NCBI RefSeq assembly: GCF_037042905.1
Contig: NC_087245.1
Coordinates: forward strand, 24,492,001-24,556,000
Direction: 5' to 3'
Source of the DNA: Lytechinus pictus
Lineage: Eukaryota
Length of the DNA: 64,000 nucleotides
In this document: piece after piece, positions 13,070 to 26,717 of the stretch
Position numbering within the stretch: the first letter of the stretch is position 1
How the letters are laid out: each line of letters starts with the position of its first letter
Program-made: the position numbers and the translations under genes
The notes under the pieces: model-generated
What the model was told of the DNA's origin: nothing
The model's input: the letters and a program-made list of their open reading frames with translations, nothing else
Database searches by the model: none

Positions 13070-13750
13070 CATCTTGGAATCTTCGTACGTGTCACATCTG
13101 GCAAATACTTAAAAATTCAAATAGCTTAAATGGGAAGATTCCCTTATATGATAAATAACAATGGTCCGAGTACATCCCCTTGTGGAACTAAAGTTAATAG
13201 TGAAGACTTTACGACTGTTTCATTAAAGTTAGTACTGTGTATTGTCCCTTTCCCACTTAGCAGTGTCTGGCCATGGATCTACCATTGGGGTAAAAAAATG
13301 TTTTGGCTGTCTGCAGTAGACCAACAATTTCTAGTGAGATATACCGAATATTTTTTTATGATCAATGGCATCCGATAAGATTGCTTCAATACATAACTTG
13401 GGGATGCATGCATATGAAACATACAATAACATTTCACTTTCGGAAAGGAAAGTTAATTCCATATTATTAACTCGAAATAATTAAATTCACAGGCATGTAG
13501 CTGTAATCACTTTGTATCCTAATAGACATCTGAAACTAAGGCAACAATTTTAAACAGTTTGTGGGACTTGAACTAAAATTTTGTTAGAAACGAAACATTA
13601 TATGCACTGAATGGTTTTTATTCCGCACACAGGTAATGCTTTAGTGAGAAAACTTGTCAATGCCTACTAAAACATTTTAAAAAAGTAGATTTATGACTTC
13701 AATAAAAACCTAATTTCTTCCCAATATGACTCTTAAGTTGAATAAGGTTT
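13070..13750 (-). mobile_element. Degraded CR1/L2-type LINE RT fragment
   Basis: Minus-strand [18 protein letters not shown] (~13130-13190), matching the RT motif [28 protein letters not shown] near 13360-13380. Confidence 0.65.
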
Positions 13751-14213
13751 TAAGTTTGGTGAAGGATTCAACAGAGAGCTAATAAAGGCATGAAACGTAC
13801 ATTTTGAGAAAACATAATTAAGACATACGTCCCTTTGGGGATATGTCGGAATTACCGAATTCCGTTAGATTTGGAATTCTCCCCTCAGGTAATAAATACT
13901 AAGACGTGATTTTTTTTGTAATACTCAATGGAATACTGTCTAAGGGATACAAGAACATTTAAAAATGCAATATAGATTGAGTCTATATCTCTATTGTTTC
14001 TGTTTCTTTATGGCAAATCCAGAAATTGTGAAGATCGTGACAAAACCAAATAAACCACGATTTATTTACATTCAAACCATAATATATCATATTCAAATTA
14101 AAAATGAAGTATGAAGAAGTTACACAGATCTTTACAATGGACAGGAATATGGAAAGCAAATAATATCAAAATACGATTCTCAATTAATTTCAATTTCATT
14201 AGCTACAATAGCT

Positions 14214-14411
14214 CACACTCCTAAAATGTTGGGCAGCATACTGTCCACACAACAGTTGGTTAAAAATTCATCCAACTCTGGGTAGCTTTCAACCAATATG
14301 TAGTTTTCACCCAAAGCACACATTATTGGTTTAAAACTACCTAGAATTTGATAAAGTTTTGATTAATTGTTGTGTGGGCGGTATGTTGCCCAACATTTTT
14401 TTAAATGTGTA
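14214..14411. mobile_element. CACTA/EnSpm-like MITE
   Basis: Inverted ends cacactcctaaaatgttgggcagcatac / gtatgttgcccaacatttttttaaatgtg; related copy at ~26000-26237. Confidence 0.6.
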
Positions 14412-15793
14412 ATGCCTGCATTAAACATTGATAGTTTGATATCTAAAAAATATATAGCAATTTTGATGCATGTTCTTTTATAAATCATCCTTATCCCCAA
14501 ACCATGACCGGTTATATTTACTTATGACCGCTCAGCACCGGTCAGAAACAGTTTTACTACAACTTCGTTTCGCACATGATATCCCAGTCTATCGTAAGTC
14601 ATGCGCAGCCTTACCAACACCATTCTTAATGAGTACCTTGCCAAATAGTTCTTACGTTTATGGGTACAAAGTACAAGCATAATATTATTCAGTATTATGG
14701 AACTTTCGAATTTTCATAATTTCCTTTGCAAAAATAACATTACAACCGAAATGCTAAATATATCCTTCAAGATTTTTTTTCTCAAATATATACTTTCAAT
14801 TTACACTGTTCATGATATTAGAGATTATCTTTTTTTTATTTCTAGTTAATTATTTTTACATAACTACAGTTGTTTTTATTTCATTTAATTGTTTAGATCA
14901 CATTTTCTTAATTTTTACTATGGCGATAACAGCAATCGAGGTTTGAAGTTTCCTAAATCATGCAAATCATGACATGAATTTCCCATTAGATAAATTCCTT
15001 ATGTCTATGTATGATGAATCGCTGATTAAAAAGGAAAAAAAGGATTTGTTTTTAAGTCTTGATTGATGACTGGAAAGCATTTTCCATGTTTTCCCCTCGG
15101 CTGATCAAAAGAAAAGGCAAACGCAAACAATTTTCGTATAATGCGAGTTAAAAGAAAACGAATCCTTCAGTTCGTGAACAATAATCGTGCATTTTAAAAG
15201 ATTAGCTATACTATAGCTTCAGATTCACTGAATATTTTAAGAGTGTAATTCGAACTGAAGTTTTTGGGATGTAACGATGAGAAGATGGATGGATTGAAAT
15301 ATCAAATTTTGAAATGATGCAACTGGAAATATAACAAGAAAGGCATGCAGAGGGAGATGTTTATGAGAAGAAAGATCAGTAGAAAAACTAAAATGTATAA
15401 GTCGAGTTCTAAAAGAGATGTTAACCAGGTGAAAGTGAATAGAATGCACAAGATTTGTTCCGATCCCCTAATCAGAAAGTATTATCGTGTACGAATTTTG
15501 TTGGATAATGAAAATTGAATTCGGTGAGAAATACAGATAATTAGACTATTTCAAATTACAATTTCCTCTGTAAAGATTTGTAGGCTTATCTTTTATTTCT
15601 GGCAATATTTCTGTTTTATAATGGCATTATTCGTACATACATGTAAGTTATGGGATTATGTTTAGACGTTTCATGCATATAAATTTGATTGTATGATTGA
15701 ATCAGGGGGACTATATCATTTGAGATTTGTGAAAGAAGTGATGGTTTAGGAAATAGGGGAACGCAATATACAGGGGTGATATATGGCGGATGC

Positions 15794-15952
15794 ACTGGCG
15801 GATCCAGGGGGAGGGCACAGCCGGCCCGTGCCCCCCCCCCCCTCCCATATGAGAAGCAAAATTAAAATTTGTAATGTAAAAATGCCATTAAAACAGAGGT
15901 GTGCCCCTTTTTTTGAAAGTGAAGACCTTTGGAAAATCCTGGATCCGACCCT
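15794..15952. mobile_element. hAT-type MITE (GGCGGATCCAGG family)
   Basis: Ends cactggcggatccagg / cctggatccgacc; homologous to 40085-40294. Confidence 0.7.
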
Positions 15953-16099
15953 CGGCGGAGGAGTAACGGATATTGGTTGAGTAGCGCTGTCGTATTCTGT
16001 TTTTTCTTTGGAAATTCTCCGATATGTATCTTGTTCATTTTCTGTTTCCTTGAAATAATTTTGAACCATGGAAGAATGCCATCATCAAGGGATAATGTA

Positions 16100-16575
16100 A
16101 ACTTGTAGAAAGTATGTTCACTATCTTTTTAATTTCTTCTGATGAAATGCCCGGCAATCCACATCCTTTCCAGTGTACATTCAACCATGAATGAACAATG
16201 TCCCCTTCAACTACCCTGCCTAAGGACGGATTATAAAATTTTTTTTTTTCAATATGTTGCTGCCGTCTTATTTAATTCGCTCCCTTGTGATATAGAAAAA
16301 TGCACATCCCTCCATGCATTCAAAAACACTGTAAATCATTAAATTCTGACTGTCATACATGTTATTACACTTAATGATTCCATGATACTTGTTGATTCAC
16401 TCTATATGTATAATGTATTCTGTTTTACTTAATTATAATTTATGTTACATACATTGAATTGCTATGATGTTGAGTTATTTGTTAAACTGCAGGGCGCCAT
16501 TGGAAAGCAGTTTTGCATAACTGAACACCGTGCAGTATAAAATGAAGTAAATAAAGAAATAATAAATAAATAAAT
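16100..16575 (+). mobile_element. 3' end of a CR1/L2 LINE
   Basis: ORF 16142-16342 LQLPCLRTDYKIFFFQYVAAVLFNSLPCDIEKCTSLHAFK matches the CR1/L2 ORF2 C-terminus pattern, followed by a cagggcgccattggaaagcag tail and (AAAT)n. Confidence 0.75.
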
Positions 16576-18390
16576 GATCGAGAGTTTTAGACCAAATGGA
16601 AGTAATTAACAACCTAAAAAGCGATAAAATGCTTGGGGTTCGACGTATATGTGATAGGGGTGCCAATTGGGCATGCGTTTGATGGTCAAAGTAGTAGCGT
16701 CAGACACACGAAGAACTGCACCTTCCAGAAAACCTATAATTGGCACGGTGGTATGAGATATGAATTTCGTATCTTGATATGTTAATCTCATGAAATATCA
16801 TTCGGCCTAAACCTGAATCCTAACAAAATTTATGTTCTTTTCCTATTAGTAATTACAGTCGAGTACTCCGTGCTCCATATCTCATTATTTCTGGGATCAG
16901 TGTGTGATTTCATTCCTTTGTATTCAGTGAATTATCCTGTTTTCGGATTATTAATACTAAACATAATAATAATAATAATAATTTTATCAGAAAATATTCA
17001 ACACGGTATATTATTTCTAATTCAGTATTAAAACACCGTTGATTGTTAATAAGAAAAGTATCGCCTGCTTGTAAGCGCAGGCAAAACTGTACACAATTTA
17101 TTTACTTAATATTGAGTATAAAAATATAATTCGTAACATGGCTTATATAGAGATCTTGTATAGGGAAAACGCCATACCAAGGTTTGGAAAACTTTCAATC
17201 AATTCCAAACTGATTGTGCTCCTTTAATTCATGCATCCGGAAAATCGGAAACATAAACCTTTACCAGGCTTGAGCCCCGTAATTCGGAGAGTAATTTTGT
17301 TCTCGCATTCAATTTTCTACTGGATCTATTTTCAGTACGCTATGATAGGCATTGTTACTCATGGGGAATCAAACGTATCGCATGGTATACGCATAGCAAA
17401 TTATTATACAGAGAAGAATATAGCAATATCATGATTAGAAAAATGAGAATAATGGGCGGAAATTAGAGGCGTTCAAAAGCGATTTTAATAACTGCCGCAG
17501 CATCACCTATTCACGATTAAATGTTAACACATAATCTTGTTGATTATGAACTATACATGCACTGCCTTGCTCCCTCGAATGTGCTAATTCATCCGATGGC
17601 ACACCACACATGATGAAAGAGGGAAAGAGGATACGAAAAGTGCAATCGTTAATGTTGACTTAATTTGGAAAATAATGTTTAACATTTATGTAAATATTAC
17701 AGCCCCCCTATCAATGCTTTTCAATGGAATTCATTTTTTACAATACAAACTGATTTAGGTCTACATCCTGTTACAATGATGATTAATTATCAATTAACAA
17801 CTGTAAAGGCCACCACACACGAAGGTTAACTTTGTTCAATTTTCGATGTTACAATAATGGCCCAATATAATAAATATCATTGAATCTTTACCAAAACTAT
17901 ACAGAAGAATCAAAAAGTCAATATGATGTTAATTTATAGATAAAATTCGTTTGAAAGATGTGCAGTGCAAACAGTTTTCGTGACAAAAAGTTTAGACAGT
18001 GCAGCGTGCCTCCTATGACCATAGGAATTGACATGCTGTATTCCACCTGACTTAAGCTAACTTTGTCTCGAAAAGTAATTCATAATTAGTCATTCCATGT
18101 ACTTCAGAGGATTTTTTAACGTAAAATATGGTACCAGTAAAGCTGAAGGTATTCTGATTTTTTATTATGGTAAAAGTTTGTATTATATATACAGGTTTGT
18201 TGTAAGTGACATCGTTATTTATCTTGTAGCTTCTACGCCAGTAAGATTTTATCAGATGCTTCTGTGAGGTTTCCAAAATGCAATTGGCTTTCATTAGCTC
18301 ATATACTCAGGTACATCATCAAAATTAAAACTTAGCCAACCTAGTAGTGAAACATTTATTTAATAGTTATCTAAAATAAGCCGTCACACC

Positions 18391-18565
18391 TAGTAGATGA
18401 TTCATAAAGTTGTTCGTAAGATACCAATACACTTATGCACGACAGGTGATCCTTTCTTGTGCTGAATGATATAGTAGTAGTTGACTTAATAGAATCTAAG
18501 AACAGGTTCCAGTTGTGCATGAAGTCATGCGTAACTTTACGAACAGCTTTATACGACACTCACCT
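18391..18565. mobile_element. Harbinger-type MITE family A, decayed copy
   Basis: Inverted ends ttcataaagttgttcgtaag / ttacgaacagctttat, shared with copies at 41.3, 44.7, 50.3 and 58.2 kb. Confidence 0.65.
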
Positions 18566-19042
18566 GAACGTTTTAGCCAGCGCATGCTGATGATTGTGGC
18601 AAGTCGTTTTCTAATTTAATCCTATTTTTTCATATCAAGAACTGCCTTTTGCTCAACAAAATTAATTGATTTAGAAAATGATTCCTAGATGTCTTGTATA
18701 TAAAAAAGAAATCCTCGACAAAGAATATAAAGAAAATCCTATAAAGAAATCGGATTAAACATGTTAAATGAGAAAGGCTTGCTTTGCTATACGCTCGTCG
18801 GAATACGCTTGCTGAAACCATGGGTGTATAAGAGACATCCTTGTTTGAGAGCCTCTTTACTTAATGGCCCCATGTTGAAAGAAGGGGAGGGGGAGGGATG
18901 TTGCATGTGTTTGAGTGGTCCGTCTGCACAGTTTTCATCTCTTATGTGTTGCTAAACTGATCCAGACATGTTTTTTTTTACGACAAACAGTAAAGGCGTT
19001 ACACCTCTACGAGTTATTGCCATGAAAATATCACTTGGCATT

Positions 19043-19401
19043 ACGGTGGCGTAACAAACGGGGTGCAGGGGTCGGGAACGTTTTATTTCGAAGAAATGTA
19101 TTGGAATGTAACCGAAAAATGATATTCTTATAAATGGTATTGTAATTTGATTAATCATGTCTCGTATTTAAATGTACAGGCTAGCGCTGGCTGGGTTTGG
19201 AGACTTTGAGGGGAATGGGTAATATTAATAAAGAAACAAAAGATTTGAAAAGTAAATTTAGAAATATCCATCATGAATTATTTAATAATTATGAAATAAT
19301 GTTATTGAGAGTAAGTTCCAACATTCTTTAATACTTTGACGAAGTTACATGAATTTTGTTACCCCCTCTCACCAGAAATACAGGTACTTGTTACGCCCCT
19401 G
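19043..19401. mobile_element. hAT-like MITE (GGCGTAAC termini)
   Basis: Ends ggtggcgtaacaa / ttgttacgcccctg. Confidence 0.5.
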
Positions 19402-20842
19402 CTTGGTAATTTACTATGTCTATCATGTCTATTGCATGACTAAGCTACCAATAAGCGAAGAAAGATGAAGGGAGATGAACCGTTTCTTCCCACGCTACTG
19501 TAAAGAATAATTTAATGCCAAGAAAATATCACTCTAGTCGTAAAATACCATTCTAGTCATAAAATCACATCCTACCACGCCTGGGATGAGTTTAGTTGAC
19601 GATCCGCTCAAACACTCGCCACAATTCATATCATATTTGTTATAACAATCTTTAATCATTTTGCTATCATTGAATATATCTTCTGTCGAACAGATGTTTA
19701 CATTGAAGACGGCATGGGGCTGGAATGTTGTAAATATTACATCTTTGGGCATCTCATAGGTTTCATGGTAGTTGTTTTACCCAATTAAGAATGAATGTTT
19801 TAACAAGATTTAGTAATAGCAAGCAACCATATCATCGATGGCTATAGATCCTCTCTGAGGGACGAGAGAATAGAAATTTAAGCCCACCTGAAGAGTTTTG
19901 GCGCATAGCTGGATTCAAACCCTAATTTGACTCTGTTTAGTCCATAATGCCAACTGAAATTCGTTCATCCAGAATAATTTGTAGTTTTCAAATTTGCAAG
20001 TTTTAGGACTGTACTTCACATGATAGTTACAATCGTGTGCACTACCAAGTGTAACGTAACACCCCCACACACACACAGACACACCCACACGCGCGCGCGC
20101 ACACGAATGGTTTACCGACATGAAATACGAGGATAAAATCTTAAAAAGTATTTTCATATCTAATGAAGATAGCATCCATGCTTACTCCCTACAGGAGGTA
20201 ACATTATGTCATACAGTGTGTTCACATAGCGGACTATATATAGATGTGATTAACACTGATAAATGTTCGAATCTAACAGTGTGAAGATAATTCCACACTG
20301 TGAACATACTGTGGAATGACGTGTTCATTCTAGCAGGGTTTCTTTTACGAGCGTTCTCTCTTTTCAATGGCCATCAGGTTTAGGCAATATAACTTTCATG
20401 CGTAAGTGAATTAAGAATTGAGTCAGTTCTAGAAGCGTTAGATGCCAAGAAAGTCATTTGGGAGTGAATCCTTGGTGGAAATAGTTAAATTGTACGAAAG
20501 GGTACAATTTAACACATGTGCACCTGCGGCATTTTCTCCGGTCTTAACTTTTCAGAGGGCATAGGGTTAGACTTAGGATTGTAATAAAGTTTTTGGTTCA
20601 GAATAATTTAAAGATTGTGAATAGGGTTTATTTAGTTTTATGTTTTGCTTAACGTGCGGATTTTCCATCCGGTCACCTGAGCAATTGTCATGGAACCGTT
20701 TTAAAGTTTATCATCGTTCCATCGAACAAGTTTGAAAGTAAATGTTAAGTGGATCGGAATTTATAATGGACTGCTGATTCTGCTGTAAGGGCAAGATAAG
20801 TTAATAGAAAAGGGGTGAAGGACATTGGGTATGCGGACTCAC

Positions 20843-21011
20843 CATGTTCTAGGCTTTCAATGATTTCGTATATCTCCTGTTCATCGAGTGCATTCTGTGC
20901 CGCCACGCCTCTCCTGTACTCGTCCTGGTCGAGTCCGTAGGCTTGACACGTCCACGCCACGCACACGAGGACGGCCAGGAAAGCTAACACAGCCTGGTAG
21001 ATACACTTCAT
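20843..21011 (-). CDS. Neuropeptide precursor, coding exon A (signal peptide + acidic pro-region, residues 1-56 plus 1 nt)
   Basis: ATG at 21011 in context GAAGAAG-ATG. Translates MKCIYQAVLAFLAVLVCVAWTCQA (hydrophobic signal, likely cleaved after CQA) then YGLDQDEYRRGVAAQNALDEQEIYEIIESLEH. Ends at donor CATG|GTGAGT (GT at 20842-20841), phase 1. Confidence 0.92.
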
Positions 21012-21205
21012 CTTCTTCGATACGTGTTAATCACTGCGATGACGCTGGCGATGCGAGTGTGAGGGATTGGGGAACTTGCGGCGGAGCTTGTGGCAATTGG
21101 ACCTGACGTTGGGGGTCAAATGAACTTCGACGTCTGCGGGTGAAAGACTTCAGATGTAGCTAGTGAGCGCAGGTATAAATGACAGCCTCTCGTGATCTTA
21201 ACCTT
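21012..21205 (-). other. 5'UTR part of exon A
   Basis: Long pyrimidine tract + acceptor (ctctctctctttttctcgtcaacaCAG, CAG at 21208-21206). No ATG between it and the start codon. A weaker alternative acceptor lies at 21136-21134. Confidence 0.6.
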
Positions 21206-21794
21206 CTGTGTTGACGAGAAAAAGAGAGAGAGGGAGATTTTTTTTACTAAAGTAGCAAAGACATTCACAATGTATTTTATATATAAATTACGATGTAGGA
21301 AGCAAATTATCAGTTTACTTCACCCTGGTATCCTATCACACCTTGAAATAACACACCCTCACATTTAATTACACCGCACACATACGCACAAACTCACAAC
21401 AATTCAAACTATACCATGAGTTCTCTTTCCCTTTCGATCTATCTTTATCACCCTCTTTCTCTCTCCATCTTTCTTTTCCCTTAAACACTGAATATTTCTC
21501 ACTGGCGCATATCTCAAACCTACACTTTTTCGCTATCCAAAGGGCTGTTGAAAACTCAAGAACGAAATCACCCGGGTATAATGGTATACAACACACGAAC
21601 TTCGGAAGGTGGTTTGTCCAAAATCCCATTCGCGAGGAAGAAAATCCTTTAGATTATCCCAGCTCTTTCTCCGATTTCCTCGACAAGTGGCAGCGAGAAT
21701 CTAAGACATGTGTAAGCCCTCAACGATGCTGTGAAAAATAATGCCACCATCACCACCTCCTCTGTTACTCTTAAACAATGAATTTTGGATGCCA

Positions 21795-21870
21795 TGGGTA
21801 TTTGTAAAAGGAGGGGGAGGGGTATGGTTGAGTTAATGACGTGGGCTTGAAGCTAGCTGCTGATTGGTGA
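21795..21870 (-). promoter_or_regulatory. Candidate core promoter of the neuropeptide gene
   Basis: In gene direction: CCAAT (21867-21863), CRE-like TGACGT (21837-21842), CCCCTCCCCC Sp/KLF-like box (~21812-21822) and TATA-like TACAAATA (21806-21799), in plausible order and spacing. Confidence 0.4.
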
Positions 21871-22778
21871 TAGGATGAATGGCGGTGGCTAATGGACCTC
21901 GACAGGTTCTGATCAGTCAGATGAACCGTTTTTCGTGTAGGAGCGTTGTTAAATAAGTGTTCTTTAAGGGTGTAGAAATGGGATTGAGGTAAAGGGCTAA
22001 GAGATGGGGGTTACGTTGAAAACCTTCATTCAAAGAAACTTTCACTTCCGTAAAAAAAAAGGTCGTCCGTTTTTAGCGTTATTTATAACACTTAACAATT
22101 GCATTTTTCAGTATTGATATTAAATACTGGAAAAGCGGCCTTTTTAAAGTAAAAATTTTACGGAAACGGGTTTTTTTTTTTACAATTGCTGTAATTTGGA
22201 TTATCATATCCCTATTTGGTCACATGCGGCTATAAAACGCATAAAGTGGTTTAGACACACAGTACAGAGCATGAGTTTATACATTTATCCCCGGATATGG
22301 CGAAAAAAAATCTTTTACGCTCACCGATTCTCAGGACGTCATCAGAATAGCATGTAAAATATGACTCATTCCTCGTCAATATGACCATAACATTAATCAG
22401 TTTATTACACGACCTCTGTAAAGAAAAGGGCCATATCTTTTTTTATAGTAAATTACCAGATTCTTATTCTTGCTTGATTTTCTTTAAACAAATGATAATT
22501 GGATTTTATCAAAATCAGGAATGTGAAAGAACAAAAATGGGTCGAAACATTCTCATTTTCACTGAAATCTAATTAATTTGTCTTTGCCGCGTGCCTCTGG
22601 GAATAAATAATTAAGTCATAATTATTGTTCCAGCCATCTCCGTCAATTACACTAATTTGACTTCAAAAACAAGATAAGGGAATAGTTTGTATCATAAAAC
22701 TGTTTTATCGTGAAATATTAGGGGGGCTGAGAAGATTGGATGTCAAATTGACAAGCTGAACATTTAAACAAAACAAAG

Positions 22779-22975
22779 GAGGCGCGATAGCTCAGTCGGA
22801 AGAGCGGGGGTCTCTGATTTCGGTGGCCCGGTTTCGATTCCCACTTGGTGCGCTCGTGCCCTTTGGTAAGGCATTAATCCTCATTACCAGTTCCCTCGGA
22901 GAGGACCTTAAGCCGTCGGTCCTGTGGTTGCTTGCTTACAAGCATTCATGCTTTCTTAGCAATGAGGTAAAAAGA
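22779..22975 (+). mobile_element. tRNA-derived SINE
   Basis: A-box tagctcagtcgg, degenerate B-box gtttcgattcc, central gtgccctttggtaaggcattaatcc, then cggagaggaccttaagccgtcggtcc. Confidence 0.8.
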
Positions 22976-23711
22976 AATCACCAACATAGAAACATCTCCA
23001 TGGGACGTGGAAAAAACGATTTTAATATTTCTCATTCATCTTCAAAACCATTACACAATTCCTTAAAATAATCTATACGAGTATGAATACCTCTAGGCAA
23101 GATTGCAACATTATCTTTTACCGTAAACTAAACGTTACTGAACGGGGGAGATTATTCTTTAAATAGAAGAATGAGTGCGCTGTATTCTGAGTCTATATTT
23201 AGCGCAGTACTGTTAAAGATTCATGAAAAGAATATAATCGGTGAAAATTATTCCAGAAATTAATGCAATATACTTTCCCAGGGAATATAATGGAAGTAAT
23301 CTATAGAAAATCCTTGAACGATACAATAACAGGCGTTAAATATGCATATAACATATCAAGCAAATGAATACAATAATTTACCCATTGGCCTAATCCCAAA
23401 TGCTCTGGTTTTACTTCAACTCGGCGACCATGAATCTGGATTATGCTACAAAAGATTCATGTACGAATTATCGTGCCTAGGAATCGGTGCAGCAAGCTCT
23501 TTTAGAAATCATTGGGGGAAAATAGTTCGATATATCGTCTTCGTGAGGAAAGTCTACCCATGACGCATGAAGTAACTCGTTTCACAAACCACCAAGCAAA
23601 CAGATCTAGGACCTACTGCATAGTATTATTATTATGATAATGATAGAGACAATTTATATGGTATTCTGCGTCTTTAACATGTTTAAGAAATGGTTACTGT
23701 TATCTTTAGTA

Positions 23712-23757
23712 ATAGATAATAACGATGATGATGATACTAATACCATTACTACTAATG

Positions 23758-23796
<39 letters not shown>

Positions 23797-24012
23797 CAAA
23801 TACTACTACTTCTACTTCTTCTTCTACTGCTGTTGCTTCTGATACTAATGATGCTGCTGCTGATGATGATAATCACAATAATAATGATAATGATAATAAT
23901 AATAATATTAAAAATAATAATGATAAGATTATGATAGTAATGATAACAATAATAATAATGATAATAATGATAATAATAGAATAATAATAATAATAATAAT
24001 AATAGCAATAAT
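23712..24012. repeat. Compound trinucleotide microsatellite (ACT/GAT/AAT)n
   Basis: Direct reading of the triplet runs. Confidence 0.95.
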
Positions 24013-25999
24013 AAATATATGACCTACATGTATAAAGTGCAAAATTCACTATGTAGAGTAGTATTCAAGATGCAATGAAATAAAAAAGGGGAAAGTTTAA
24101 TACACAACAATGAATAAAAGACAAGACTTGAGGACAATTAAGACAATTAGAAATAAGAGGCATGAAAAGTGTCGAATTTAAATTTGTCGACTGAATTGCA
24201 GTGTCGTATACCTAAAGGGAGTTCATTCCATTCGAAATGGGTAATCTTCTGTAATTTGATTACTTTTCATTGGATTACTTGAATCTAGTAATTTGTTTAT
24301 TCTATAGATCAGAAAGTGACATGTGACTCCACATGGTATACCGTGAAACCTACTCCACTATTCTTCTTCGCCATGGAAACCTTCAGAAGTTACATCATGT
24401 GACTCCAATTGTAAGTGTGCAAATGACTGTTGTAGAACTTTATGCTTATTTGCACACACCCACGTGTATGTGTGTGACGCACAGGTTAATTTGTGAAATT
24501 CCATCCTGCTTTTAAGGAGCTATCTGCGATAACGCTGTTGTTTGTTTCACACCTACCGAAATCCCTGATGATTAATGAGAACTTACTCAGCTATTGCCAT
24601 TTCTAATCTAGTAAGATTTTGTTTTTATGTTAGCATTGGATCAATAATGACATTACTTTAGCCTGACTGGGATTACAAGAATGATAAATTGTGAAAACGA
24701 AGATTCCCAATATTATGCGCATTATGCTCCGATGTTTAACCACATCTTTGATATTCAACAACGTAATTTCAAACGTAAAAAAAAAGAATATGTATGACGA
24801 CTCTAGGACATCGATTGGGAATATTTCGAGGAAAAACGGATGAAATTATTTCCTATTTGAAAGGAGGTCTGCATGACAAGTTCATGTAATACAGTATTAA
24901 CTGTGGGATTCAACTAGTACACGGTTTCCAGGAAAAATAGAAAGCAAATGTATTAGCATACATGAATATCATTTTAAATGTAAAGGCCTGTTTTTTCTTT
25001 CCTTCCATAAAACAGAAGGGAGAAAATTTATAAGGTATAAGAAGAACCTAACAACTTTTTTCCACAAGAAAAAAATGTTCTATTGCATTTATTTTCCATA
25101 AATCTATTGAGCATTTTTCCAAGCCGTTTTTTAGTCCACCTCTCCACCCACATATTTGTCCACAAGATTCGGTCCACAAAAGTCACAACAAACATGACAA
25201 ACCCAGATAAATATACAATTGCATCTTTTACATGAGCTGATACAGGAAGTAATAAGTTTAACCTTTTGTCGGCCTGGTGGATATCGTTCTACTGTGCATG
25301 GATTGACTTTGAAAAGAAATAAAGGTAAAGAAGGGCACGTGTGAAAGTCAAATATTAAGGAAAACAGTCCACGAGATTTACAACTAATTAAAACAAACCT
25401 AGAGGAGATCCCGAAAATTAGATAAATAGGCGTACGTGTGCGTGGGGACGAACCGCATCACTATAAGCAAAGGGGAATAGATATATACCAAATTGCAAAC
25501 GTTTTGGAAATGTGGTTGCATTATACGAAAAACCGACTAAATGCCTCTCTCTAATAATAATAGAAAAATAGATAAATACATGTATAAAAATGATATATAA
25601 AATGTCTATAAATTGATTTATTACTGAACAAATGAATATATAAACAAACAGAGGAAAAACTGTTTTAAAAATGAAAAAATACAAGAAAATTAGATGATAG
25701 GAATTACATAAAATGTGATATGGATAAATACAAACATTAACAAAATAAGAATAACACGAATGAGTTGGTGAGTTCACACAACAGTAAATAAGAAAACAAA
25801 TTTACGTGATTGATTATTGAGTACATAAGTTGATTTAAGGAATAGATAAACAATTGCAAGGAGTGTGGGAATTATATTCTTACTTTTGATGATTAGATGT
25901 TATATTTTTTAAACAATATTATTACCTGTCAATGCTTTATCAAAGCTATTATCAAAATTATAATCTCCAGCGCTCAAAGTCACGCTTTATCATTAGAAT

Positions 26000-26237
26000 A
26001 CATTCTTAAAAGCGTTGGGCAAAAAAAAGCAAAATTCTTAACCTTTTACTGGGCAACATACTGTCCACACTACTATTGGTTAAAATCTGTCCAAATCGGG
26101 TAATAAAAACCAATAATTGGGTAATGAATTTGCTCAATTGGATAATAATCGCCCAGAATATGTATATATATATTTTTTTACCAAAATGCATTGCCCAACG
26201 CAATGGACAGTATGTTTTCCAACATTTCAAGTGTGTA
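26000..26237. mobile_element. CACTA/EnSpm-like MITE, second copy
   Basis: Contains gggcaacatactgtccacac and ggacagtatgttttccaacatttcaagtgtgta, as at 14.2 kb. Confidence 0.55.
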
Positions 26238-26655
26238 TGATAACGTGGGTGCATAATTAAAAGAAATAGAACACAGATTTTAAACTCATCACCATCCGAA
26301 GTTAAACATATTACTTTAATATCGTACATGGATGATTTTTCACAATCCCCGTTTATTAATGATTGGAAATTCCGCCCCCTCCAAAAGATTAAGAACTGCA
26401 AATACCAATGCAACCGATTTCTTCAAGGCATATATCTTTTGTGGTTTCATTCATAATTGCATTTTTTATTTCCCATTCATGAGATTAGTATTATATGCCC
26501 TGCGGCCCGAACACGCGAGATGCCATTTTGCAAAGTTATATTTTGACGTTGTAATGAGTAATGAGAGTCGATGAGAAGTCAAGTGGCCAGTATAATATCA
26601 TCGTTGAATACGTTTATTTTCTCATTTTAATCCTTTACCTACTATACCTACTGTA

Positions 26656-26658
<3 letters not shown>

Positions 26659-26709
<51 letters not shown>

Positions 26710-26717
26710 TATATATA
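26659..26717. repeat. (AT)n microsatellite
   Basis: Direct reading. Confidence 0.97.

Noticed and set aside
20745..20842. C-terminal tail of ORF 20745..21011 (GESAYPMSF...)
   Set aside because: Read-through into the intron past a consensus GTGAGT donor; the spliced form gives a coherent prohormone.
22779..22850. tRNA gene candidates (also ~47494 and ~52398)
   Set aside because: Degenerate cloverleaf followed by SINE body and tail.
23634..24008. Poly-T/L/I/S ORFs (also 27208-27465)
   Set aside because: Products of trinucleotide microsatellites.
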